DNA of 53,173 bases, taken from positions 1-53,173 of IMG/VR virus record IMGVR_UViG_3300015024_000005, one strand, 5' to 3'. The position numbers and the translations under genes are program-made. Of this stretch, positions 36,943-47,206 are shown in pieces (the first letter of the stretch is position 1; each line of letters opens with the position of its first letter). This DNA comes from a virus. Lineage: Duplodnaviria; Caudoviricetes. The notes below the pieces were generated by a model, which was not told the origin of the DNA, did not search any database, and saw nothing but the letters and a program-made list of their open reading frames with translations.

Positions 36943-39900
36943 ACTTACGATTTGAACGGTCAGACTCAGCAGATTGATTAGGAGTCTGGAATTGCTTCTC
37001 AGCTTTACCCACTTTAGATGGGCTACCCTTAGACTTACCTTGAGGCTGCTGTCCGTCTGTTTGTCCACCTTGAGGTTGATGGCTCATTTGAGCTGCCACT
37101 ATGCTCTGGGGGCTCATAGTGCTATCCATAGGCTGACCTAGAAACAAACTAATGCTCATGCGAGTCTTATAAGGTATTGTAACGCCTTTTTGATGCGCTT
37201 TTATCAATTCTTGTGACATTTGAGTCTGCATTTGTTGATAAACAGCCGGATATAAGTGATGTAAGTCTTGTATATCACTAGCTTGCAATGTACCATCTTT
37301 AACGTGCTGCATTACAATAGACGGCTGCTGAGCTATGTTCGAAGCTCTTTCATACCTTTGAAGCTCTGCCTTAGTTGGCTGCACTTCTTTATCTAATGGA
37401 CCAGATCTGTACGGATGGGGCTTTAACTGCCCAAGGTATGCAGCAGCTTGCGTCGTAGCTTGAGACATAGACGTTTGATGACTGCCTAAATAATGGCCTA
37501 AATCACCATTATCAATTTGTTGCAATTTGTTGGGTGTTTTTTGCATTTCACTAATAACCTTATCCAGCTTAGCTCTATCTGCTTTGTCTGGTATTAAATG
37601 GCTAGCTAACACCTGAGCTTCGGGTTTAAATACAGCTTTAACTGCATCTTGCACACGATTAGCGCCTGTATAAGTGTTATGTAAGTAATCTACCATTGAT
37701 TTAAAACCTGAAGCTTTCACTTCAGCGTTGCTACCCATGAACTTTAAGTACGCAAGTCTGATAGCGTCTGGAGCTTGTCTGCCAAGTCTCTGAGCCATCT
37801 CTCCGCCTAAATAACCAGAGATAGGATTATGCCCTGTCATAATAGCTACACCTGCTAAAGCACTAGCTGGCATTTGTTGAGTGATCTTAGATATCCACCC
37901 GGCTGTATTCGAAGACTTAGGGCCTGGAATAGCTCCTGCTACCGTTTGAGCTGCCGTGATCTTTTGTAATGCCTCTGGAGACAATAATGATTCCACGTAC
38001 TCTTTTTTACCTGCCATTGCTTTATCAACAATCTTAGATAACTTATCAATATCTATAGGGTTTTCGCCTTTAGCGGATAATATAGAAGGTTTAATTAATT
38101 GACGTAATTCACTCTGCTTAACGGCATTTAAAGTATCCGGGAAGTTTTTCTGTAGAAATGGTATAAAATCAGCATTATCTCTAATTGAGAACTTTTTTAA
38201 TACGTCTTCAGCAGACACTCTATCAGTCAATTTGTTACTAACTCCTTTAGCGCCTCTAAACTCACCCACACCTAAATGCGTAGTCAGCTCATCACTCATC
38301 TTAGAAAAGTTAGCGTATTCTTTGTTTAGTTGAGCGCGTTCTTCAATTGTTTGTAAACCAAGGTCTTTAGCTCCAGTAACTCCAGCCTTTTCTAATGTAG
38401 ATGCTTGCTTAGTAATCTCTGATTCTTGGAAGTCTTTAATCATAGATTTAATATCACTTAAAGCATTAACAGTGTTCTGATCTCCACCGATCTTTAACCC
38501 TTTGATTCTATTGTTAATTTCAGTATTTAATTTATCCATACCGCCAATAGTATCTTTAGCTAAAAGTCTATTACCATACTCTTCATATAGCTTGTAGTAA
38601 GGACTATCTGTACCTAGCTCATTCATTCCACGCTCAACAATTTGACCATATTTTGCTAGTCGAGCTTCATCTGGTACGCTAATAGTAGACGATAACTCTC
38701 TTTGGGCGGCGTATTTAGCATCAAACGGCTCGTATTTAGTTTTATACTCATTCTTAAAAGCGTCTAATACAGCATGTCCTTCTTCATTATTAGAAGAGAC
38801 TAACACGTCTTCAGGTGTTATACCCAGGGACTTCATAACAGAATTACTTGAATCTGTTTTAAGTTTCTCGATACCTGCTAATATCTCCGGGTGTTGAGTT
38901 TCTTTTAAAACATTAAATGAATTAACCAGCTTAGGGTCTCCCGACAAACCTGCTCTAATAGCTGGAGGTACGTCAATACCTAGCGTAGTAACCGCTCCAT
39001 TCACAGCTTCAGGTAGTATTTCTTTAGCTCCACCATTTAAGTGATTTTTTAAACCAGTGAGTAGTTGTTCTACTTTAGGTCCAGCCGTAGCCTTCCATAA
39101 AGGACTAACTGCACCTATGCCAGCTCCCATAACTCCGCCTAGAGCAGTCGATAGACCTACGTTAGCTATAGCATGCTGAGCACTACTATCTGGATCTTTA
39201 ATGATAGCTTTAGATGCCTCATCACTACCTTGTAGGAATGCCATTTCAGCAGCACTACTAACCGCAGCAGATCCTATTTTAAATCCTAATGATGTACCTT
39301 CAGCAAGTCCAGCAGCTTTAGCAGCTCCTTGACCTACTTTAGCCATTATAGCGCCTTCTCCGACGCCCGTAAACATACTAGCGCCTAAGCCAACTGCTTG
39401 ACCTACACCTTGAGTAATAGGGTTTTCTCTCTTACGTCCTAAGATATCTTCAGGCTTAACGCCTAAAAATCTCTCAGCAGCAGGAGCTAATGGGCCTGCT
39501 ATACCTTCAGCAGCGCCTTCTAGACCTGCTTTAGCTTGTTGACCTAAACTACCATATTTTTCTGATTCTAATTCAAAGCCAGGGGGTATTGGAGGCACTT
39601 CTCCAGACACACCACTGGCTTGTTGACCTTCTAATTGAAAACCTTCAGGAATAGGAGGCATACCAGCCATTCCACCGTCTGCAAAACTCATAACTTTTTT
39701 GTCTTGAGATTTCTTGTTTTCTATCTTTTTCATTACATAGCCAGATTTAGTCTTACTTACTGCTTCTGGATGTTTCTTTTTGAGCTTTTCCCACATTCCA
39801 GTAGCTCCAGGCTCCATAGCGTCTAAATCATCTGATTTTACAAAGCCTGTAGTCTTTGCAACGTGCTTATATAGACCTTCAGATACACCTTGTCTTCTAT

Positions 39901-40126
39901 GCTCAGGATCTACATAAGAAGCTTTAACGCTTCCTTCATCATCTCGACCCAAATGTCCAATAACCTTTTTATTTTTTACTGCGTAGTGGATATCGTCCAC
40001 TGTATTTAATCTGTGATTTTCTCCAACCTCATTATCAATATCTGCTGCTGCTAAATGCTGATCAGGTATTTGTACGCCTTCAGGTAATTCAGATCTATCA
40101 TGGTAAGTAACCTTACTATCAGCCAT
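36941..40126 (-). CDS. Large ejection (internal virion) protein with N-terminal GNAT domain
   Basis: Third and largest of the post-nozzle trio; G/A-rich membrane-like helices; SYVDPEHRRQGVSEGLY GNAT motif A; PPIPxGFxLE repeats. Confidence 0.75.
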   Translation of the reverse strand: MADSKVTYHDRSELPEGVQIPDQHLAAADIDNEVGENHRLNTVDDIHYAVKNKKVIGHLGRDDEGSVKASYVDPEHRRQGVSEGLYKHVAKTTGFVKSDDLDAMEPGATGMWEKLKKKHPEAVSKTKSGYVMKKIENKKSQDKKVMSFADGGMAGMPPIPEGFQLEGQQASGVSGEVPPIPPGFELESEKYGSLGQQAKAGLEGAAEGIAGPLAPAAERFLGVKPEDILGRKRENPITQGVGQAVGLGASMFTGVGEGAIMAKVGQGAAKAAGLAEGTSLGFKIGSAAVSSAAEMAFLQGSDEASKAIIKDPDSSAQHAIANVGLSTALGGVMGAGIGAVSPLWKATAGPKVEQLLTGLKNHLNGGAKEILPEAVNGAVTTLGIDVPPAIRAGLSGDPKLVNSFNVLKETQHPEILAGIEKLKTDSSNSVMKSLGITPEDVLVSSNNEEGHAVLDAFKNEYKTKYEPFDAKYAAQRELSSTISVPDEARLAKYGQIVERGMNELGTDSPYYKLYEEYGNRLLAKDTIGGMDKLNTEINNRIKGLKIGGDQNTVNALSDIKSMIKDFQESEITKQASTLEKAGVTGAKDLGLQTIEERAQLNKEYANFSKMSDELTTHLGVGEFRGAKGVSNKLTDRVSAEDVLKKFSIRDNADFIPFLQKNFPDTLNAVKQSELRQLIKPSILSAKGENPIDIDKLSKIVDKAMAGKKEYVESLLSPEALQKITAAQTVAGAIPGPKSSNTAGWISKITQQMPASALAGVAIMTGHNPISGYLGGEMAQRLGRQAPDAIRLAYLKFMGSNAEVKASGFKSMVDYLHNTYTGANRVQDAVKAVFKPEAQVLASHLIPDKADRAKLDKVISEMQKTPNKLQQIDNGDLGHYLGSHQTSMSQATTQAAAYLGQLKPHPYRSGPLDKEVQPTKAELQRYERASNIAQQPSIVMQHVKDGTLQASDIQDLHHLYPAVYQQMQTQMSQELIKAHQKGVTIPYKTRMSISLFLGQPMDSTMSPQSIVAAQMSHQPQGGQTDGQQPQGKSKGSPSKVGKAEKQFQTPNQSAESDRSNRK

Positions 40127-42204
40127 TAGATATCAGTCCATTTGCGATTAATTAATTGCTGTCGCTTGCCTGTAACGGAGTTGACGATGATAGGGCCTGG
40201 GCCTGAGTCTTGTTGCTGTGTCTGAGGAGCTTGTTTGATTGGTAAACCTTTTTCAGACTTAAGAGTATTTAAACTCATTTGATTGGATTGCATAATAGCT
40301 TTTAGTTGAGGCTGAGTAGTAAATGCTTTAAATGCACCTGCTGGATTCTCTTTAACAAACTTCTCCAATAGAGGTTTTTCAGATTCTCTAAACACAGTTC
40401 CTAATAATCCTTCTCGTACCATTTGTTGAAATGCCATAGCTTTAGTTACTCCAAAGGTATATTCAGGAGTGCCTGGGATTATGTTACTATGAGTTTTAGA
40501 ATATTGCAATAGATCATCTCCAGCATTTTGTAACTTTTGATGACTTAGTATTTGTTCTCTATCTTGACCTGTTAAAGGTACTTTAGCCAAACCTACACCT
40601 GGTATTAAACGACTTTCCATTTCTTTAGCCATTTCAGGGTTAACTAATCGGCTATATCCTATTAAATGCTCAATTTTAGAGGTATCTGAAGGGTCTTCAT
40701 TAGGATCGTTAGCAGCACTAATCATAGCGCGTCTTAAAGCAAACGTCTGTAATTGAGGCGCTACAGACATCATTAACTGACCTTTAGCTTGTTGCGCTAA
40801 CGCTTGAGCCATAGGGCCTTTGTTTTTAGCAGCGGCGGCGTCCAATTGAGTCGCTAAAGCATCTGTCATCATTACTTTAGTCATAGCTGTAGCATCTTTT
40901 AAATTACCAAATTGTCTTAAGTTTTCAGCTAATAGATTATTCTTTTGATTCAAATTGGTTTTTTGAGCATCTAGATTCATATCCATTTGTTTTTGTAAAA
41001 ACTGAACAGCTTGGTTCTGGCCTCCAGCAGGATTAAAACCAGCTAGTATCATACCAATACCAGCGGCTATCTTACTGTGACTGCCGTTACCTTTGCTGTC
41101 GCCTTTCCAGTATTGCTCTGGATCAATATAACCATCTTTAATATCTTGTATGTGATTTTGACGCTCAGTCTCTAATGTATCATAGTGATTTTTAAACTCT
41201 AACATAGCATCTTGCTGAGCTTTAGCCTGTTTATCTAATATACCTTGTTGCGCTTGTCCCAAAATACCAGACTGTTTAGCTACGCCTTTAATACCTTGTA
41301 ATTGACTATTAAGACCCTGAGATACCATGTTCTCAGTAGCGTCTAGTCCTGGCATTCCACTTGTATCTGGAGCTGCTTGTTTTGGAGCTTGCTGCGCGTC
41401 TGGATTAAATATACCTGGGTTAGCTACTGGGGCCGCTGAAGCTACTTGCCCGGGCATTTTAACGCCTAGGCTAGCCGCATCTCTACCGCGCTGTTCACGC
41501 TCAGCCATGTTCTTAGAAACGTCTTCTTGCGTCTGTTTAGTGTCACGTTGTCTGTCTGCTAGTTTATTGATCGCAGCCGCTTCGACTTCGTCTTGAGTTG
41601 GCTGATATACGCCGCTGCCTGTAGGGTCTTCAGACAAAGACTTTAAGTACTCTTTATTTTGATTAAATTCATTTGTCGTATCTTGCTCAGGCATTTTAAC
41701 GTGAGCTGGATCTAAATCTATTGTAGATGCTTCTGTAACTGGGTCTGTTGGGGTTAAAGAATCTGGTATAATGTTTTTTCCAGTCACTCCGCCTTCAGCG
41801 TCTTGCTCAATACCATATTTTTTAACTTTATTTGGATCTACAGTAGGAGTTGGAATAGTAGACTTAGTGTCGCCTTCCATTGCATCGTATCTCTTCTTAG
41901 CAAAATTATCGAGGTAGTCCATAACATCACCACCAAGGCTAAAAGCTTGAGGCGCTTGCATTTGACGGCTAGGTACGCTATTAGGGTCACGAGCTTGCTG
42001 CTCTTGAGCTGCTTGAGATTTATCTTGAGGCTTTTGACTATCTTTTGACATCTGAGCTAAAGCCATTAACTGCTTTTGGCTAGGCTCAGATAACGCTTTA
42101 TGTGCTAAAGTAATAGTATGCCCGTCTTTATGCTGTAAAGTCGTAGACTTATCATCACTTCCGACGTGCTTAAAATGTTTTAAATCAAGCTTAATATTGC
42201 TCAT
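40126..42204 (-). CDS. Ejection (internal virion) protein
   Basis: Q/A-rich helical protein with hydrophobic IAAGIGMILAGF; second of the trio. Confidence 0.7.
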   Translation of the reverse strand: MSNIKLDLKHFKHVGSDDKSTTLQHKDGHTITLAHKALSEPSQKQLMALAQMSKDSQKPQDKSQAAQEQQARDPNSVPSRQMQAPQAFSLGGDVMDYLDNFAKKRYDAMEGDTKSTIPTPTVDPNKVKKYGIEQDAEGGVTGKNIIPDSLTPTDPVTEASTIDLDPAHVKMPEQDTTNEFNQNKEYLKSLSEDPTGSGVYQPTQDEVEAAAINKLADRQRDTKQTQEDVSKNMAEREQRGRDAASLGVKMPGQVASAAPVANPGIFNPDAQQAPKQAAPDTSGMPGLDATENMVSQGLNSQLQGIKGVAKQSGILGQAQQGILDKQAKAQQDAMLEFKNHYDTLETERQNHIQDIKDGYIDPEQYWKGDSKGNGSHSKIAAGIGMILAGFNPAGGQNQAVQFLQKQMDMNLDAQKTNLNQKNNLLAENLRQFGNLKDATAMTKVMMTDALATQLDAAAAKNKGPMAQALAQQAKGQLMMSVAPQLQTFALRRAMISAANDPNEDPSDTSKIEHLIGYSRLVNPEMAKEMESRLIPGVGLAKVPLTGQDREQILSHQKLQNAGDDLLQYSKTHSNIIPGTPEYTFGVTKAMAFQQMVREGLLGTVFRESEKPLLEKFVKENPAGAFKAFTTQPQLKAIMQSNQMSLNTLKSEKGLPIKQAPQTQQQDSGPGPIIVNSVTGKRQQLINRKWTDI

Positions 42205-42212
42205 TTATCACC

Positions 42213-43517
42213 TTATTTAGATTGTTTACGAAGTACAGCAGCAACAAACTCTGCTGCTTTTTTTGGAGCGTTCTTACCTTGAGTAATTGATCTAGGGATA
42301 ACAATACCGCCTGCATCTAAAGTCTTTGGTACGGTATCATTTGCATAACTGTTCTTAGCTCCGCCTACAGCAGGCTTACCTGGGATTTTTTCTCCTACTT
42401 TAATAGGATTAGCCCCCTGTTTAACCGCCTCTACCTTATCTGGAGACAGGTAACGCTCTCCTGGAGATACCATAGCTGGTACTTTACCGCCGTGAGCAGC
42501 AAACATCATAGCCATTTGAGCTAGCTGCATAGGGTTTGGTCCTGAAGATCCTTGAGATTGAGGTGCCGCTTCTGCTTCTTCTGGAGCTTGTTGAACTGGA
42601 GCTAATACTTGAGAATTAGAAGGATTATAGAATGCTTTACCGATGTTAGATCTAGGGCCTGATTGTTGATCTACTTCTCCGCCGTCTGCGTACTTCTTAG
42701 GTACCATACCGCCTTTAGCAAATGGATTAGCCATAGGTACTTGACCTGGACCTGAAGTACCGCCGCCGTTACCGCTAGCGTTGTCTCCAGAGCTTAAGCC
42801 TCCGCCGTCACCGCTTCCACCCATCATACCTGGTATCATTTGAGCGGCAGATCCTAGCCCACCCAATACTCCGCCAAGGATATTACCTTGTTGAGTAGAA
42901 ACACCATGGGCAATATGAGCATTAGCACTATTAGCTTGTTGGGAATTAGATACTCGAGCATTGTTGTTACTACCGATAGCGCCTAAGACGTTTTGTTGAG
43001 CGCCTAAAGCATTATTTGTAAATTGATTAGCTGCTCCGATTTGATTAGAAGCTTGTTGTCCAGCTATGCCGCCCATTTGATTTAGAGCGTTTAAAGACTG
43101 ATTGGCTTGCATTGCTGCGCCTTGCCCGGCAGCTTGTTGTTGGATATTAGCGCCTTGCATCCCTGCTTGCCGGGCCATTAATCCAGCATTTTGTCCTGAT
43201 CCGCGCTGTCCAGCCATCAATGCTGCTTGGTTAGCTACGTTCTGACCTGTACTATTAGCTAGCATAGCTTGAGCAGGGTTTGGGCCCGTTCCGTTAGCTA
43301 TACCTTGTTGTTGATTAAATACGCTAGATTGATTCTGAAGACCTTGTTGCGCTTGTAATGCCCCTAATAGGTTTTGTTGGCCTAAAAGACCTTGATTGAC
43401 ATTACCATATTGAGCGTTAGCTTGATCTGTGGTAGCTGGAGTTTGAAGATCAGCTTGATTGGCTGTGAAGCTAGAACCTCTGTTACTACCTGTTAATGCG
43501 GATACAATAGAACTCAC
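42213..43517 (-). CDS. Ejection (internal virion) protein, P22 gp7 / T7 gp14 position
   Basis: Q/N/A/G-rich with ILGGVLGGLGSAA helix; AxGG motifs; AGGAG RBS, GTG start. Confidence 0.7.
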   Translation of the reverse strand: MSSIVSALTGSNRGSSFTANQADLQTPATTDQANAQYGNVNQGLLGQQNLLGALQAQQGLQNQSSVFNQQQGIANGTGPNPAQAMLANSTGQNVANQAALMAGQRGSGQNAGLMARQAGMQGANIQQQAAGQGAAMQANQSLNALNQMGGIAGQQASNQIGAANQFTNNALGAQQNVLGAIGSNNNARVSNSQQANSANAHIAHGVSTQQGNILGGVLGGLGSAAQMIPGMMGGSGDGGGLSSGDNASGNGGGTSGPGQVPMANPFAKGGMVPKKYADGGEVDQQSGPRSNIGKAFYNPSNSQVLAPVQQAPEEAEAAPQSQGSSGPNPMQLAQMAMMFAAHGGKVPAMVSPGERYLSPDKVEAVKQGANPIKVGEKIPGKPAVGGAKNSYANDTVPKTLDAGGIVIPRSITQGKNAPKKAAEFVAAVLRKQSK

Positions 43518-43575
43518 TTAATTCTCCTATAAATGGAAGGATCACCTAATAGCAATCCTAAACGACTATGCGTCT

Positions 43576-43596
43576 ATAGAAGGCTATTCGTTCATT
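43576..43596 (-). promoter_or_regulatory. 21-bp repeat, copy 3 (putative late promoter)
   Basis: AATGAACGAATAGCCTTCTAT followed by AG. Confidence 0.75.
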
Positions 43597-43993
43597 ATAG
43601 GATTAAACCAATGATTTTCTCTTTAATTTCATGGAAACCGAGGGTTTGAGCTCGTTTTAATACATCTGGGCTAGAGGTGTGAGCTATGATACCCTTAAGA
43701 TTTAAAGCTTTGGCATGGGCTATAAGCTCATCTACTACCATCGTAATACCCTGATGTCTAACAATGCTACCTAAATACTTGTTTGATGTTAAGGTATCAA
43801 TTTGTGCAAAACAAGGTTCTAGTCTCCGTAAGAACCCCACTGCTATTGGTACTTTCCCTAACAATACAATATACCCTATCTTAGGTAGTGTCTTCATATC
43901 TATATGGCATATACCTTCATATAGATTTGAAGCTAATAGTTCATGTAATAATGGTAAGTGCTTGAATTTAAACGGATAAATCGTAGTGTTCAA
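43595..43993 (-). CDS. GNAT-fold protein at the P22 gp14 / T7 gp13 position
   Basis: PIAVGFL...IDTLTSN...LIAHAKALNLKGII...AQTLGF; between nozzle and ejection genes. Confidence 0.65.
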   Translation of the reverse strand: MNTTIYPFKFKHLPLLHELLASNLYEGICHIDMKTLPKIGYIVLLGKVPIAVGFLRRLEPCFAQIDTLTSNKYLGSIVRHQGITMVVDELIAHAKALNLKGIIAHTSSPDVLKRAQTLGFHEIKEKIIGLIL

Positions 43994-43995
43994 AC

Positions 43996-44232
43996 CTATT
44001 TACTCCTGTTACGTTTAGTATTTGGTAAATCAAACTTATAGTCGCATATATTCCAAGAATTAGAAACCTTCTTGTAACTACCACCGTTTGATAAATCAGT
44101 ATCAAGCCTAACAGCTCTATTTGCAAGCTGTTTTGCTTTAGATTTCCATTTAGATTTATAACCATCTACTGCAATAGGTTTACGATAAGATCTAGCCAAA
44201 CGATTGATTCGCTTTTTGCGCTCTGTAACCAC
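43996..44232 (-). CDS. Small basic hypothetical protein
   Basis: RSYRKP...ANRAVR...GGSYKKV..SWNICDY. Confidence 0.6.
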   Translation of the reverse strand: MVTERKKRINRLARSYRKPIAVDGYKSKWKSKAKQLANRAVRLDTDLSNGGSYKKVSNSWNICDYKFDLPNTKRNRSK

Positions 44233-47206
44233 GTTTTGTACCTACGATAACATTAATTCCGCTAAGAGTTAAACCTTCTCCAGCTGGAATATTAAAGCTA
44301 TTGTCGTAGATTTCATTTACAACTAATTGAAATGTCTCACATTTTTGAACTTGTGGAAATAGTCTCATCTCTAATATGTTAGTTACTTTAATGTTAGAGC
44401 CCCCATAAGAGCCCCCGCTACCCCATAACGCTTCGCCACCATAGCTAGGTACATAGTTGTCAGGTATCATAATATTACTTTGTTGTGGTCCTGGATTGTA
44501 ATCATAAGCTATTTGTACTTGTAACTTAAACGGCGTTATATAAGTACCTTCTAAATACAAGAAATAGAAACGCTCAAGACCTTGAATACCTGCTAATGAT
44601 ATCCATCCAGTAGTAAACGACAACAACACTGGTGTACTACCGTCTAAATAAACACCTGGTGTTTCTTGATATACAAACCCTAAATTGTTTAAGTAAGTAT
44701 CTTTACCATTAAATAGTACAGATGAAATACTTCCAACATTGCTAAATGTACCCCATTGCTGGTAAAAGTAGTCAAAAACTAATGTAATAGAGTTATCTAA
44801 TGCAAACCTAACCTGATTAGTACCCGGTATTGACAAAGCACTAGTAACTGTACGCTTGTTATATTTATCTACAGGCGCTCCAATATAAGTCGTTTGTAAA
44901 TCTCTACCCAATAGCCAGATACCTTTATCAGACTGAAACATAATGCCATTAGGCATTAGAACAACTGAGTTAGGATTAGCCGAGCCAACACTAGAAGTAA
45001 TAAATATAGGATCACTGAAGTCACTGTTAGCTCCTGTGTTATCTGGACCAGTACCTGTAATGTAATATATAGCATCTTTTTTAAAGATAATAAGTTTATC
45101 GTCCATTGCAGATAAAGCCTTCATTGGACCTGTAGAGCCTTGAGCACCTGATGTAGGTGCAACATAGATAGTCAATAGATCCGACATCTCAACTGGTACA
45201 GCTTGTATCACTTGTTTACTAAACCATAATAAGTTTTGATCTTCTGCATCAATTAGAAACAATCTGTTCTTAAACAATGTACTAGAAGTAGACGCTGGAG
45301 CTGCAATGTCTTCTAACACTCCACCAGTGGTATATAATAATGTCTGACCTAAGATAGCACTATCAGCTAAAGTGTCTGTAATAGTTACGCTATCAATCGT
45401 AGGGTCATTGATAATAGGACTAGTTAATGGTGTAAACTGATAGTATGTTTGTTGAGCTACAGACCATCTATACCCTACAATGCGAACTCCTGTCTTATAA
45501 GTAAGACGTAGTGTTGGCACGTTTATTGTGATTGAGCTTGTAGCTCCTGTAGTTACAATAGAGCTAGGGATTGAAGGTGCTGAACGATGTAAGTTACCTT
45601 GATTGTCTGTCCACTCATAAGTAAATGCATAGTAATAAGTACCTGCTGTTATATTCCCACCCGTAGCAGATGTTGCTAATGCTACGTTCTCAGGCCATAC
45701 ATGAAATCCATGTTCTACTGGCTTATTACCGTCGTACTGCCATAGCTGACCACCTGTTAAGTGTAGTGTTGCAGCTATCTCACTAGATCGTTGTGTATTA
45801 GAATTAATTTGAAACTTAACTAAATTAATACCTGTTTGAGTATATATGCCATTGACAGGTGTACCATTAGGTAAGTTTGTTAACTTATTAACAGAAGCTA
45901 AGAAGTCTTTAATTAGATATGGAGTGTAAAAGCTACCGTTTAAACTAGTTACGTTAGCTAGCACTTGAGTTGTGTTATATCCACCACCGTTAGCATAAGC
46001 AAGTCTAGCAAATATATTACCATTAGAATCAATTAAGAAGTATGTTGGCTCGTTAGGTCCTCCATAAGTTACTATCATGTAGATTAAACCACTCTTATCT
46101 ATAAACGCTTTAGAGAACAGTCCTACAGACCTTAATATGACTACAGTTGGAGTAATTACACCTGTCTGAGTGATTGTGAGGCTAGATATAAAGTCTGACT
46201 TAGCGTTAGGTGCATAACTATAAGTGTTAACAGTCTCATACATAATGGTTACAAGTCCTGCACTAGCTACTGAAGTAATCTGGGCTAGCGTTGAGCCTGA
46301 TATAATAATTGTTGCTGGAAGTATAGTGGTATTTAACAATAGGTTATACCCTACAATACCCCCTATTTTGGACACACTGTCGTAGTAAGTTGTATATATT
46401 ACGTTATTAATGCTATCTGATGACATTGATATTAAGGTTGCTGTAGCTCCTGCTAATGGGAATGAAGCTTGTAGCACTAAAGAAGGTGTTATATAAGTAG
46501 TAAAGATTTGATTGCTTACAGTAGCATAACTAATGTATAAATTACCGTTAAACCCTAGTACAGCGTCATATCCAGCACTAGCGGGTACTTGAACACTAAA
46601 ATCTTGTGTAATTAAAGGTGCCGTAGGTAATGTAATAGGGATTGGAATGTATTGAAGATGCAATACTCCACCTATATTTGATATAAATGTAACCATAAAA
46701 TAGTTACCTAGTATAAATACTTTAGCCGACGCTGCTGGAAAAGTAGATGCTAATGCCCTACCAACAACTGTTTGCCCTGTAGCACTATCTGATATCTGGT
46801 AGTAAACAAATCCATTATCTAGATAAACAGTGCAAGCTAGTCCATTGAAAGCTACCTGCATATCTGGAGCTGATTGACTAGTACTATTTCTAACTAAAGC
46901 TTGTGTAGATATCTTAACAGGTTGTACAAGCCCCTGGTTTAACCATTGATTTGTATCCGCACTAAACGCATAAAGGTTTGATCCTGTAGCTATTAAGTTA
47001 TTGTTTAAAGTTGTTAAGTTTGTTTGTTGAGTGTTTGGTAGCTTTGTAATGATAGGAAAGCCATTACGCTTAGTTAATGCCCCTTGTTTATCAAAGACAG
47101 AGTTTTGTAGTTCTAAGAATTTACCTACCTGGACTTGTTTAGAGTCTGATTTAGTATCTAAACCTTGAGCAAAGTTAATGTTAATAGGTTGTTTAGTTAA
47201 TGGCAT
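44192..47206 (-). CDS. Tail nozzle / tubular protein B (P22 gp10-like)
   Basis: 1004-aa beta-propeller-like; FKNRLF, LWFSK, LIIFKKDAIY, GIMFQSDKGIW. Confidence 0.8.
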   Translation of the reverse strand: MPLTKQPININFAQGLDTKSDSKQVQVGKFLELQNSVFDKQGALTKRNGFPIITKLPNTQQTNLTTLNNNLIATGSNLYAFSADTNQWLNQGLVQPVKISTQALVRNSTSQSAPDMQVAFNGLACTVYLDNGFVYYQISDSATGQTVVGRALASTFPAASAKVFILGNYFMVTFISNIGGVLHLQYIPIPITLPTAPLITQDFSVQVPASAGYDAVLGFNGNLYISYATVSNQIFTTYITPSLVLQASFPLAGATATLISMSSDSINNVIYTTYYDSVSKIGGIVGYNLLLNTTILPATIIISGSTLAQITSVASAGLVTIMYETVNTYSYAPNAKSDFISSLTITQTGVITPTVVILRSVGLFSKAFIDKSGLIYMIVTYGGPNEPTYFLIDSNGNIFARLAYANGGGYNTTQVLANVTSLNGSFYTPYLIKDFLASVNKLTNLPNGTPVNGIYTQTGINLVKFQINSNTQRSSEIAATLHLTGGQLWQYDGNKPVEHGFHVWPENVALATSATGGNITAGTYYYAFTYEWTDNQGNLHRSAPSIPSSIVTTGATSSITINVPTLRLTYKTGVRIVGYRWSVAQQTYYQFTPLTSPIINDPTIDSVTITDTLADSAILGQTLLYTTGGVLEDIAAPASTSSTLFKNRLFLIDAEDQNLLWFSKQVIQAVPVEMSDLLTIYVAPTSGAQGSTGPMKALSAMDDKLIIFKKDAIYYITGTGPDNTGANSDFSDPIFITSSVGSANPNSVVLMPNGIMFQSDKGIWLLGRDLQTTYIGAPVDKYNKRTVTSALSIPGTNQVRFALDNSITLVFDYFYQQWGTFSNVGSISSVLFNGKDTYLNNLGFVYQETPGVYLDGSTPVLLSFTTGWISLAGIQGLERFYFLYLEGTYITPFKLQVQIAYDYNPGPQQSNIMIPDNYVPSYGGEALWGSGGSYGGSNIKVTNILEMRLFPQVQKCETFQLVVNEIYDNSFNIPAGEGLTLSGINVIVGTKRGYRAQKANQSFG

